This document shows, piece after piece, positions 24,780 to 36,670 of a stretch of 64,000 bases of DNA. Made by a program: the position numbers and the translations under genes. This DNA is from Sphaerodactylus townsendi (taxonomy: Eukaryota): contig NC_059436.1 of NCBI RefSeq assembly GCF_021028975.2, positions 26,846,001 to 26,910,000 on the forward strand, given 5' to 3'. Within the stretch, counting starts at the first letter, position 1, and every line of letters begins with the position of its first letter. Under the pieces are notes generated by a model, which worked only from the letters and a program-made list of their open reading frames with translations, did no database searches and had not been told where the DNA came from.

Positions 24780-26958
24780 GGTTGGTGTTGATTTATTTAT
24801 TAAGTCGGACTCTGGTAGCTGGTGGACAAAGGAGGATGGTCTATACATTGGGGTGAGGGATGGAGGGGTAAGGTGGGGGGGGGGAAATAAGGAGGAGCCA
24901 AAAGGCTCGTCTTTTCATAACCATAAAAAAGGAACTAAAAGTAATTTCAAAACCTCTAAAAAGCATCTAGAGTGCAGACGGCAGCATTCTCTAGGCATCA
25001 CCCTCCCCTACAGCTCCTACTAGCGATCAGCGGGCAAAGCGGCACCCAGCAGGCAGGCGAGTGGGCGCAGTTCACAGCTCAGTTTCCTACGCACTACAGG
25101 AGGCCAAAGCATGGGGGGAGCCCACGCTAAGATTCTATGGCAATGCTGTGTCAGCAATTTGGAGGGGAGGCGGGGGGAGGTTGCACAGGGCATGTGTCAT
25201 GGGGGTGGGGGGGGACAAGGGGTCGGATGCTCTGTACCCCGCGTGTCCTCTTGGGGCAGCTCTTCTCTCTGGGGAGATGCCCAGCACCATCTGAATGGCT
25301 CCACCTCCAGCTCTTGCTGGCATCCCCCCCCCCCACCTTTCTTCTCCGCTTGGGGGTGTAAATGCTTGTCAAGCCCCAAGTGGCCTGGGGATGCCACTGC
25401 CGCCCTGGGGCTGCTGGCAGCATCTATATGTGGAATATTAACAGCGATGTGCCCTTCCCTTCTAGATGACGCCGCCTTGGCAAATTCCCAGAGACAAGAG
25501 TTGGAAAAAGTTGTGCATCTCTCAATAAATAGGGGCCACTTCACATCTCTTCTAGGTCCAGGGACTGTCGCAGAAAGTGGGCATGTGGCAACCAATCAAC
25601 ATCCCTCCCCTGCCCCAGCTACCCTGGAGCAAACGCCATCTCTTGAACATGCCTGGCACAGCCACCACCAGAAAGGACCCAGATATTGCTCAGGGCAGCT
25701 GTCCCAGGGTTCAGACGTGCCTGGGAAAGAGACAGGGGCGCGGGAAAGGCAGGATTCTCCAAGCACCGAGAGATGGGGATGGGGCAGTGAGTCCCAGCTG
25801 TGGGGGGCCCATCCTCTGGTAGGGAAAAAAACAGAGAGTAGCACCACATACCCTGTTGGCTACTACTTATCATGGAAGTTGGAGGGGGGGGGCGGGTTCT
25901 GTTATTCCCCAGCTAGGAGTGGTCCAAGAAAAACTGGCAGATGCCATGTCTGTGCTGAGTGTGGGAGGACCCTTTTCGGGACCTCCCTGGTGCAGAAGCG
26001 CAGGTAAGGTAGCAACAGAACTCTGCACCTCTCCTGAGCGACAGATTGTGCTGGGTGGAGCCGGGCGTCGGCGCAAGCAAACAGCTACGCTCTTCCAGCC
26101 CGGGGCCAAATTGCGAGAAGCATCCCTAGGGACTGAATGCAAGTGTGCCTTGCAGACACGCAGGGTTGGCAGAGACTGATACACTAGCCCTTCTCCCCAT
26201 CTCATTCCCCACCCCCACCCCCAATTACCACCCTGTGTGTGTTTGTGTGTGAGAGAGTAAGAGATGAGCCTAGGAGGCGGCTTCCAATAACTCCTAGCTC
26301 TTCCCCCCTCTGTTTCCACAAGCATCTGGTGGCTTGTGGAGGTTACCAGGGAGCTGAGCCAACGCAATCCTGCCGAACGTCCCTAATTGTGTTTGCATAG
26401 TAGGTATCTGTTCATATCATATACACAAGGTTGAGCAACTGTCCAGGTTACACTTTCCATCGGAACCAGGTGAGAATAGGGAGGAGGGGGTCCTGGGTGG
26501 CCCTCGGCTGCTTCCTGCCTCCTGGGCCTGAAGACCTTCATTGGATGCTCTTCACTGGAGACACTCGGGCACAGCAGATGGACGTAGCGTAACCGAGCAC
26601 AGAGCTGGCAGGAGGGCTGCGCAGGGGTGGGTGGGATGGCCGATGAACTCTGTCCAGCTTACTCCTTTCCCAGGAGGCCAAGGCGTCACGTCAAGAAGGG
26701 GCTTCGGAAAGGACCTCCCCCACCCCCCCACAACTGCATTTCCCCCCCTCCTGGGTTTCCTGGTCCAGGCTTCGAGTCAGGAGGAAGAACTGTAGCTCAT
26801 GCGTCTGCAGTCAGTCGGTCATGCGAATAGGACAGTAAAGTTATGTCTCATACGGAAATCATGCCATTAACCTAAAGAATCATGGACAGCCAGCTCTGCA
26901 CTGGTGAGCTTGCAGCTTCACTCGCCTGGCCATGTGGAGGGCTCAAGGGGGGTGGAAG
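24780..26958 (-). other. ANK1: ANK1 3' UTR (~2.2 kb) with overlapping AATAAA signals at 24792-24801
   Basis: Follows the last-exon stop; AATAAATAAA on the minus strand at the distal end; 3' end approximate. Confidence 0.65.
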
Positions 26959-26985
26959 TCAGTGGGTTGGTGTTGAGGTGAGGCC
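26959..26985 (-). CDS. ANK1: ANK1 last exon coding part (GLTSTPTH*), used when the penultimate exon is skipped
   Basis: Strong acceptor ccttctctctctccaccag; 8 aa resembling human DHTSTPNP*. Confidence 0.85.
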   Translation of the reverse strand, partial: GLTSTPTH

Positions 26986-28358
26986 CTGGTGGAGAGAGAG
27001 AAGGACTGGGTTAGAGCCGGAAAAAAAAATCTGCACTGTAGCACTGTGCTTGCGTCACAGATCTGAGAATCCCAGCTTCCTTTTTTAAACCACATTTCCA
27101 GCCCTTTAGAATTGCCACCCTTTACAGAGACACTTTCCATACTTTCAGCTATGTGCTGAAGTGCAAACCGAGAGCGCAGGAAGAGCGGAAACCTTAAACA
27201 ACCAGGCGTTCTATTCGCATTACTGATAAAGTGACCGACTGGCAGGCGAACACACTTTTAATTTTTGTAGTTTTAAAAATGGCATTAGTTAGGGCAAGCA
27301 AATTATTAACTACCGCAAACGCTACACACTCAGGCCCTCTACATGTTAACTTGGGAATGGTGTGTCACTTAAAACCACATTTGCTGAGATTTTGAAAGGG
27401 TGGGAACTTACAGGAGAGGACCAGCAGGTGGTGAGGGGACCTTAATTCATTTGGCATCCATCAGTTGTCCCTAAAAAATGCTTTCCACCTCCTGAACTAG
27501 ATTTACATTCCATTCAACAAAGAAAGAATAGCAGTCATGGATGCTTTTTGTAGGAGGGAAATGATGGATAAGGGGAAAACTTAGTATCCTGTGTGGCTGT
27601 TCATTAAGACCCTGTTTTCTTGGATGATACCTTGCCAGACCTGTTGATGAAGATGGTCAAATTGAAGGATACACTTTTATGCACTTGTGGTCTGCCCCCA
27701 AATAAGTGCACATTCCCCTCAAGCCAGATTCTTGGTTGCGCACACATTTCCCCTCTCCTGAACTCACTGCGCCACAGATCAGAGAAGTCCTGTGGCCTCC
27801 AAAACTTCTTAAAGTGAAATGTTTCCTTTCTCTTTGCTGAGAAAGCAAAGATTTTTGTTCGGTGTTCAGCTTGCCTTGGCTTTGCTTGCCCCTCTCACCT
27901 CCCGCTGCCCACACAACAGCAGTTCCTCCTGCTCTCGGTCACCAGAGCGACCCGAAGGGTTTCCTTTTCTTTTAAAGAGAGAGAGAGAAAAAAGCGGCAG
28001 GCCACAAGAGAAGCGGCAGGTAAGGGAAATAGTGGATGGCTTGGCTGGGGAAGTTTTGCAGTGGGAGAATCCCCAGGTTGAATGGAAAACTATGGGAAAA
28101 AGCCACTGCAAAGAACAGAGCTACGGTGGATGAGATAGGGGTGGTAATGGAAAGTCCTGGTAAGGGCAATAAGGGAGTAAGCCACAGCTATGTGTGACAA
28201 GCCACTTCATCTATATATATGTGGGGTAATAGATAGTGACAGCACTGAAAGATCTGGCAATGCAAAATGAGGCACTTCTCCCCATGCACCCCCTCCCCAG
28301 TACAGATACACAAGACGGGCAAGGAATGGCATATTTGGGGGTCTCCAAAGGAAACCTT

Positions 28359-28499
28359 GGCCCCTTCCGCACACGCAAAATAATGCATTTTCAAACCACT
28401 TTCACAACTGTTTGCAAGTGGATTTTGCCATTCCGCACAGCTTCAAAGAGCATTGAAAGCAGTTTGAAAGTGCATTATTCTGCATGTGTGGAATGAGCC
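28359..28499. mobile_element. PIF/Harbinger-like MITE
   Basis: ~30-bp imperfect TIRs (GGCCCCTTCCGCACAC...), 3-bp flanking repeat CTT. Confidence 0.7.
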
Positions 28500-29892
28500 C
28501 TTGTTTCAAACATTCAGCCTTGGGACTCCAGTGTGGAAGGAAGAAGCAACTGAGATGACAACACAGACTGACAATGGCATACACACAAATTCACACATAA
28601 ATATCAAACAGGGAAGCCACTGCCAGCTCCCAAACAGTGCAAGGAGGACTGACCCTCTAATAGTTGCAGGAAAGTGCAGCTGGCCTGGCTTCTCTTCCCT
28701 GCAGCTCTGGAAGCCGTGCACCGATTGCTCCTGCTGAGATCCAGCCCTCTGTGCAGTCTCTAAAGGCTCAAGAGTCAAGCCTCCCCACCCCCCACCCCCC
28801 GCAATCTGCATGCAGGCAGAAGCTCGGCAGTGGCCGCATCTCTCTCATGCTGTTGCAGTAACCAAAGAAGCCAGATTTTACTGGACTGCAAATCCTGCCA
28901 AGGCAACTAATTGAAGGGCACGGGAAGTTTTTGAAGATCACCAGATGTCAACCTAATATTTCGGGTCCTTCAATCACTCTATTAAGAGTGGAGAAATTTA
29001 GCAATAGCTGCTTCTCCCATCTTAGTGGGGGGAAGGTGCACTGTCAAATGTGGCTAGGGTTAAAGACCCAGGAAGCCTGCCTTAGATGAATTTTGACAGC
29101 CTGTGGAAGAGCTCAAGACCAGACTCTGATAGCCAATTTAGCCAAAAAAGCTGCGCCGTACTGTGGCCAAACCAGGTTTCCTGGGGAAAGAAAAAAATAT
29201 TTTGTGGCTTTCAGATCAGATCAGCAGGGGAAACAAAGATGTAGCTTTTGCAGTCAAGAGGGTGGTTCACTCTGTTCCTCTTCTCCAAAGCCACATTATC
29301 CCTGGAACTGATCAGCAAGGACTGATTCTTCATATATCTGAGAACCCACAATACAAGAATCACGGTTGGAGCCACCTGAATTGCAATTTTATAGTTGCAA
29401 AGGATCCTCCTTTCTGAGCAATGCCTAAATGCAGGCCCTTGCCAGGAAACTACTTTGACTCCTAGGGGAAAGACAAACCCACAGGCCTCCAGTGCTCACA
29501 TTACTATCCCCGCTCCACTCAGTGATTTCTGGGCCCCAATCCTACCAATTGCTCTGGGTTTGAGAAGGGGGGGAAAGTCATGGTTCAGTGGCATATCACC
29601 TGCTTTACACATGAAAGGTGTAAAGGTGTTTTTGTCAATGGCAATGGCATCTCCAGTTAAAGGACATCAGATAGCAGGAGATGGGGGAGATCTTTGTCAC
29701 CTGAGACCCTGGAGCTGCTGCCAGTCAGAACTGACTACTGGTATGATACCAGTGTTAAAACAGCTTCAGATGTTCACTGGCACCCCTGGAGATTTGGAGA
29801 TGCCTACAGGCTAAGAGGGGGTTGGGTGTATTTATGAAGTGTTGCAGTTTACCTGAAACTACCATGTTCAGAGGCTGGTAACAGCTGTTTTT

Positions 29893-30200
29893 AGAAGAAG
29901 AGGAATTTAGATTTATATCCCCTCTTTCCCTCCTGTAAGGAGATTCAAGGTGGCTGGCAATCTCCTTTCCCTTCCTCCTCCTCCCCCCCCCCCAACAAAC
30001 ACCCTGTGAGGTGGGTGGGGCTGAGAGAGCTCTGAAGAACTGTGACTATCCCAAGGTCACCCAGCTGGCATGTGCTGGAGTGCACAAGCTAATCTGGTTC
30101 ACCAGAGAAGCCTCCACAGCTCAAGTGGCAGAGCGGGGAATCAAACCCGGTTCTCCAGCTTAGAGTGCACCAGTTCTTAACCGCCACACCATGCTGGCTC
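29893..30200 (-). mobile_element. Squam3-like tRNA SINE in the last ANK1 intron
   Basis: Same family body and tail. Confidence 0.85.
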
Positions 30201-31661
30201 TCATTTTAGGAGCCACGTTGAAGAAGGATATTGCCTTTCTGCCCTATTATTGGCTTTCCTCTGAAGGAAACTGCATGTCACACTAAGTGAATCTTTAGTC
30301 TGATCCAGCAAGATGTTTATATTCTTAAGCTTTAGTGTACAGCACCCCCCTAGACTGTAGACATAATTTCCTGAAGATGTATCAGTTGCCCTCTTACTCT
30401 CCCCCCCCCACCCACCCCCCACCCCCGCTACCTATCTCCCCATTCTTGAACAGGTCAGGTCAGGACTCCCCCTCTTGAAGACAGGAAAGGGAGAGAGAGC
30501 AACCTGCCCCAGGCAACCTGGTCCAATACATAGTCCACACGGCAGCAGCTAATTGGCCATGGTGGCAGGGGCTGATGGGGACTGTAGTCCATGAACATCT
30601 GGAGAGCCACAGGTTGCAGACCCCTGAGCTAGATCAGGAAACAGCCCTGCACACAGGCCCTCTAATCCTCTGCTTGCTGCATTCCCCACGGTCATTCCCA
30701 AAGGGTTTGCCATAAGAAATTAAATAATAAATCAAAAGCTTTTGTGATCCCAAAGACGAACAGAAGAATTTCTGCTCCTGCTCTGGCATTGCCTTGATAC
30801 TGCAGCATGACCAGATCCATCAGTCACTCCCAGTTTATCTATGCCCCACTGAGGCTGGATATTGCATCTCTGCATGAATCATTGCTCTGGGCATGCCAGT
30901 CAGGAGATCCAGACATAGCTGCAATTCACGCAGAGAAACGGGGTGGAATGTTCTTTTACCCTCAAAAAATAAACGTTTTGGGGTGTAAGAGTGAAGAACA
31001 TCTCCAGTCTTAATACAGATAAAAGTCATCTACCAAACATTTGGAGGACACTCTTTTAGGGACTTGTAATCAAAGTTCTCAAGAGACTGACACATAATAG
31101 AGATGAGGTGGCTACAGAATGATATTACAGCTAAGGCTTTGTGGATTTCAGTCGATTAACTAATGCCATCTGCATAAATCTGAATACAAATAAAAATAGT
31201 AGTTCTAAAGAAAAAAAGTATGTTTCTGTTGTTTGAGATGACTCACTCATGGTACAACAGATATTATTGGAAGAAGTATTCTCTCTGGGAGGAAGAGAAG
31301 GAAGACGGCCCCTTGTAAAAATGGTGCTTGCCACTTATAATTTCTCTCCAATCCTTGTTTTAAAAATGAAATGTCCAGTGGATGGGGCCACCTTCTTAAT
31401 TCAATTAACTGACTACATTGCTTGTCTGCAAGTTGCATTCCAAACATTTCAGACCCACTGCCAATGGTCACGAGGTAGGACCAAGAAGTCTGGCCAGGCC
31501 TTCTGGACGGGAGGGGGCAAAAGATTGCACTCCAAGGCTGAGTCCAGGAGAGGCAGCTCATAGGTGTTACCACCACTTACTCCCACCCCTCCCTTCCCAG
31601 CCACTAGTAAGAACAAAGGGGTGTTTACCTCCAAAGAGGCCACTCGAGGGGGGGAGGGGTG

Positions 31662-31760
31662 TCACTGCTTCCCCCTTTTCAGGCTGGCTCGTTTCACTAT
31701 GTGAGCCCCCATCCTGCCCCCGAGCAGCTCCGATCTCGGGACACTCCCTTGAGCCTCCTC
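31662..31760 (-). CDS. ANK1: ANK1 penultimate exon, alternative C-terminus (exon continues as UTR to a donor at 31629)
   Basis: EEAQGSVPRSELLGGRMGAHIVKRASLKRGKQ*; ttactcag acceptor; GGAG|gtaaac donor. Confidence 0.95.
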   Translation of the reverse strand, partial: EEAQGSVPRSELLGGRMGAHIVKRASLKRGKQ

Positions 31761-32040
31761 CTGAGTAACAGCAGCAAGAAACAGCAAAGTGGGACACGGT
31801 AACGGACAAACCCACAAGGGGGGTGGCAGCGTGCAGACGGACAGACAGAGAAACACAAGGAGAAGGAAGTCAGAAGGCCAGTGACAGTGCAGCAGTAAAA
31901 AGTCTGAACTGGGGAAAGGGGAGGAGGGAGATGTAGGTGGAGCAGGAAACAGAAGACAGGGAGGATGCAGCCAGAGCCCTGGGGCTGAACCATCACCCAT
32001 GGGGCTTGGATACCTTGCTGCTTGCACTCTCCCACTGCCC

Positions 32041-32116
32041 AGTGGCACATTTCAGGAAGCACTCAATCTCGGCTCCCAAGCTCTACAGATTTCTATAAGC
32101 AGCCCATGATAATCAC
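32041..32116 (-). pseudogene. Decayed 3' extension of ANK1 exon 41 (pseudo-exon segment)
   Basis: VIIMGCL*KSVEL/GAEIECFLKCAT aligns with recalled human VTVEGPLEDPSELEVDIDYFMKHSK; TAG stop, +1 frameshift, no GT at the expected donor. Confidence 0.7.
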
Positions 32117-32182
32117 CTCTTCGTGTTGCCGCCCATCACCCATGCTGTCGGTGTCCAGCCTCCGTACCACCTTCCGGATAAT
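32117..32182 (-). CDS. ANK1: ANK1 exon (~ex41, short-donor form)
   Basis: IIRKVVRRLDTDSMGDGRQHEE; 66 nt; GAG|gtgatt donor. Confidence 0.93.
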
Positions 32183-32355
32183 CTGAAATGGATGGGTAAA
32201 AATTAAAAGCAGCCTCCAAGTCTCCTGGAGTTTTGAATGACTCTGTCTGTACTTTTTGTTGTGCCCTAAGCTTTGAAATCCTTCTTGAAACCACCATGTG
32301 ATATGGCTTTCCAGCCTCTTCTTCAAACCCTTTGCTGCCAAGCCTTTGACCCCAG

Positions 32356-32487
32356 CAGTGGTGGGATTCAGCAGGTTCGCACTGCTTCGGCAGAACCGGT
32401 TGTTAAAATGGTGTTGTAAACAACCAGTTAAATTATTTCAATCCCATCACCAGAACCCATTGTAAAATCATTTGAATCCCACCACTG
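32356..32487. mobile_element. hAT-type MITE (related copy at ~37069-37203)
   Basis: TIRs CAGTGGTGGGATTCA / TGAATCCCACCACTG; no clear TSD. Confidence 0.7.
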
Positions 32488-32519
32488 CCTGTGTGTATCT
32501 CCAAGAAAACTTTACTACT

Positions 32520-32755
32520 CATAAGAACATAAGAAAGAGCCTGCTGGATCAGACTGGAGTCCATCTAGTCCAGGACTCTGCTACTCACAGTGGCCCACCA
32601 GGTGCCTTTGGGAGCTCACATGCAGGAGGTGAAAGCAATGGCCTTCTGCTGCTGCTCCAGAGCACCTGGTCTGCTAAAGCATTTGCAATCTCAGATTAAG
32701 GAGGATCATAGATCGACTTCTCCTCCATAAATCTGTCCAAGCCCCCTTTAAAGCT
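32520..32755 (-). mobile_element. CR1-type LINE 3' end fragment (shorter pieces near 46137 and 30215)
   Basis: cataagaacataag terminal repeat plus the ctggatcagac...ccatctagtcc 3' UTR motif. Confidence 0.65.
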
Positions 32756-35445
32756 ACACATGCTTATCCTTACTACCTGCGCTGTCCACTATCAGAATTT
32801 AATAACAACAATAATAAATATAGTGGGTTTTGAGTGTTCAAAAACTCTTAGGCATTCTAATTATTTATTGGCATGCTTTTATATCACCTCCCCTTATCTC
32901 ACAGCAAATCCACAATGGTAAATCCATGGTGAATTAAAACAAATTCTTAGAATACCAATATAAAATGGCATTTCATATGCCTTATCTTGCTTCACTTTTT
33001 ACAACACTCCTCTGAGGCAGATGAGTATTTTTAAGCCCACATGGCAAAAGTTGTGGTAGGATTAAGGCAGAGAGGGAGCAGCTATCTAAAGGCCACGGAT
33101 GAATGTGAGCTGGGTTGAAATTTGAAATGGGAACGTTATTGCAGCTCTGCAGTTCTAATTGCAAGTTTCTTGTGAGCAGCACCTTTGGCAGCATGTCACA
33201 AAGGCCACCCTTTCCCCTCTTCCCCTATGCATTCAGTCCTGGCACCAGATTACCTCCACACAGCTAAGACCTTGAGGCTCTTTGCCTCTGTACCCTAGCA
33301 ATGGATCACCCACAACAGCATTCAACGTCTCCTCCTTCCCCAAATCTCTAGGGGTGGGGCTTGCCTCAGTATGCCCATTCACAAATCTATAAAGCTACTA
33401 GCTCAGTAGCAAGGCATCAGAGGGGCCCATCAAGAAGTCCTCCTTGGAACCTTGACTGAAGCCTATTTCTCTTCATATTTTAAAACACATTTCCAGGGTC
33501 ATATTTGCCTCCTCTCCTGGCCCCCTTGGTGTCCTCCCTGCTCCCAGATACAACTTTGCCAGCTTTAACACTCCGTGGGAAGTGTGGAATTCCTCCTCTG
33601 ACCCACTACTGCATGTGTCAACCTTGCAGCCCTCCAGATGTTATGAACTACACTTCCCATCATGCTGGCAGGGGATGATGGGAACTGTAGTCCATAACAT
33701 CTGGAGGGCCACGAGTTTGACACCTGTACACTACAGACACAACTTGCCCTCTCTTCTCTTCACCTGGCTCTTGCCAATTCCTGCAGCTCAACTAAATGGC
33801 CAGTGTAGCTGACCACAGAATCTGAGCCAGGATGGAGGCTACTCTACCCATGACAGCTGTTTAAGGGATTCTGGGTACCATTAAGAGTGTCAAACAGACA
33901 TCTCTGAGCCCAGGGCCATTCTTAATTAATGCATAACGGAGGTAGTTGCCCTGGACACCATGCTTGGGGAAGCCATCACTCATAGCCTACCTTCCCCCTC
34001 CCCCATGAGTGGGGAAAAGAGCAAGCTCCTGCCGTCAGTTTCAGTTTTATTATTATGGCCATTAGACCAGCAAACAAGAGTAGAGAAGAACAAGAAAAAG
34101 GGTGCTCCTGCCGTCATTTCCCCCTGCCCTATTTGGGGCTTGGGCTGCTAGCTTCCAGCAACAGCGATGGTTCCTCTCACCTTATATGGGTGAAGGCCAC
34201 CCCTTTCTTGGCCTCATCATGGGTGGCAGTGACTATGAGGCCTCATCCTGGACTTTTTCCCAGAGCCCCAGAATCATTAAAATTGCCCCTATCTGAGTCA
34301 GGCTGGGGAGGCACAAACACATGATAAGTTCTGCACAAGCCTTTTGGGTTGATGGGCACCGTGCAACCGCCTGGGCCAAGGATCACCCCAGTGTACTGTG
34401 ACAGAGTCACAGTACAGGGCTCAACTGAATGCTATTCAATACAGCCAATTTTCTCCTCCGTACACTGGGGAACCTTCTGTTCCATTCCACCAGCCCTCCT
34501 AATATTCACCTATACCAGGAGTCTGCACCTGCGGCTCTCCAGATGTTCATGGACTACAAATCCCATCAGGCCCTGCCAGCATGGCCAATTGGATGGCCAA
34601 TTGGATGGCCAATTGCTATACAGACTATAGCAAAAAGTGCTTGGATGGAGAATAATTCCAGAGGCTCAATGTCACATAATGGTCAGTTAGCATGGGGGAA
34701 ACCTGGTTCAAATCCCAGCTCAGTCATGAAACAACCTTCGGCCAGGTGCTCTCTTCCAGGCTAACTGACTTCACAAGGTTCACAATGCAGATTTATGGAC
34801 ACCATCTTTATCTTCTTGGAGGAAAAGTGAGGTAAAAATATGTGTGTGTGTGTGCGTGTGTGTGAAAGAGACAACTGTAGTGTGTGAAAAAGACAACTGT
34901 AGTGAGCTACAATATGTCTTACAGAGAAAGATCCACAACCCCTACACACATTAAGGGCCAAAATGACACAAGTTCATTCAGTGATTTGTCCTGGGAGAAA
35001 CTGCCTCCTCACCACAAAAGTGATGTTCAGTATGGTGTGTGGATGCCGCGCTAGACTCAGGGAATCCAGGGAAAACCTGGGTTCCAATATCCAAAGAGTT
35101 CAGTATGGTATAGTGGATACCATGTTAGATTCAGGGAACCCAAGGAAAGCCTGGATTCAAATATCCAATCTACCATAAGGACAAGTCCCTATATATTAGT
35201 TCAACCTTGTTATCAGGATAATATGGACAAATGCAGACATACTCTTGAGCCGTGGTGAGGAGCAGCAGATTCACAATAACTGTTTTCACAGCAAGCAAAA
35301 AATTTCTGGAGGACAGAAGCCCACATCTGCATGCAACTCAGCACCATTTTCAGTGGTGAAAACCCCTAAGCGAACAGCTACCTGTGCCAGGCTATTATGT
35401 AGCAGCATAAAAGGCTTTTGAAGACCACCCCTGCAAATGACTCAC

Positions 35446-35529
35446 CTTCTTCGTGACGATGTTGCCTTGTTCATCAGTGAATTGTTCCTCAGTCACTTGT
35501 TCCCCTGGAATATCCAGCACTTCATTGCC
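35446..35529 (-). CDS. ANK1: ANK1 exon (~ex40), obscurin-binding region
   Basis: [28 protein letters not shown]; 84 nt. Confidence 0.97.
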
Positions 35530-35833
35530 CTGAAGGAACAAGAAGACAGTCAGCAAAGACTGGGGAGCCCATAGACTTGGGAGTCAAGTATGGACATCTC
35601 TACCACAAGGCTGTGCAAGTCCCACCATCCCATAAAACTCTGTGGTCTCCTGGCTTCTAATACAGTCTCCTGAGCTCTTTGGACAAAGCCAGCTCTCCCT
35701 TCTCTCCCAGGATCTTGACAGCCCCCCCTAAGCCTCGCATGGATTCCTTGAGGAAGGAGCATCCACCGGACAGCCTCGCCGGTAACTCTAGGAAGGTCTT
35801 CAGGTGGCTGAGTCCTCGAGAGGTGCTGGGTAC

Positions 35834-36052
35834 CTGGACAATGACCCGCCGGCGCACCACGCGGGTGGAGACGGCCTCCTCATCGTCGCTGAGGCCCTCG
35901 CTCTCGCCCAGTTCCTTGTCCAGCTCTCGGTGGATGTGCTTCAGCACGAAACGGACGGAGCCATGGGCAATATGCAGAAGGTTCTGGCAACTGACCAGGA
36001 AAAATCCCAGCAGGACCAAGCTAATGAGCAGCTGGGTCAGGAAGCCCCACAT
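35834..36052 (-). CDS. ANK1: Small muscle ankyrin (sAnk1/Ank1.5) alternative first coding exon with N-terminal membrane anchor
   Basis: MWGFLTQLLISLVLLGFFLVSCQN...ELDKELGESEGLSDDEEAVSTRVVRRRVIVQ; 73 codons; CAG|gtaccc donor; spliced product 155 aa. Confidence 0.95.
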
Positions 36053-36199
36053 GATCCCAAGACTCTAAGGAGCCAGTTCTGGCCGTCCCCACCCAATCCA
36101 ACCCCAGCCTACGACCTGCCTCCCCTCATCACAGTGGAGCACTGCCCAGGGCTGGTGGCAGGAGCACTTTCCTGACTGGGAACTGGGGAGGGAGAGGAC

Positions 36200-36670
36200 G
36201 AGACCGGCTGCTGTAATTTTAGCCGAGTCCAGGACCAGCTGCTTGGAGGCACTCGGCCAACCTCCCTGCCCCCTACGGCCTCCAGCTAGGAGGGAACAGC
36301 AGAAGGGCCTTGTCAAAGTCACCGAGAGTTCAGCTTTGTCCCTGGCAAAAACCCCTCGTGCCCTGAGAGAACGGGCTGTGGCTCTTGAAGGGGTGGAGGA
36401 AGGCTATAAAGGCTTGGGAGTGAAACCTCATCTAAATCTCCTGGCCATTCACGATTCTGAGTGGCAAGCAGCTCTGCCCAGCCCTGCGCTAGCCAGTGAA
36501 GAGCAGGCTTGTTGGCCTAAGCCCAGCACAGCTACCCACCACCCTCTGGCATCCCAAGCAGCTCTATTTCTGGCCCCTCCATGCCTTGCCGGACTCTAGG
36601 GGAGAACCGGGCGCTACCCAATTAGGAAGCGAGTGGAGGGACTGGCCAAGCGGGATATAAATAGAGAGCA
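36200..36670 (-). promoter_or_regulatory. Putative muscle promoter of sAnk1
   Basis: Upstream of the sAnk1 ATG: E-box CAGCTG 36236-36241, MEF2-like A/T boxes 36213-36222 and 36655-36664, CArG-like GCTATAAAGG 36403-36412; TSS not determinable. Confidence 0.5.

Noticed and set aside
25111-26007. 298-aa plus-strand ORF
   Set aside because: Antisense to the GC-rich ANK1 3' UTR, low complexity from G/C runs, no recognisable domain.
26343-26369. DCVGSAPW* as the last ANK1 coding exon
   Set aside because: Poor pyrimidine tract; 26959-26985 (GLTSTPTH*) has a strong acceptor and better homology.
26986-31628. miR-486 in the last ANK1 intron, as in mammals
   Set aside because: No TCCTGTACTGAGCTGCCCCGAG hairpin found by eye; only a 9-nt partial match (ggcagctca, ~31552) without a complementary arm. 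Consistent with miR-486 being mammalian.
34580-34615. (ATGGCCAATTGG)x3 and dispersed palindromes resembling CRISPR repeats
   Set aside because: Slippage at the centre of a hAT MITE; vertebrate DNA, no spacers and no cas genes.
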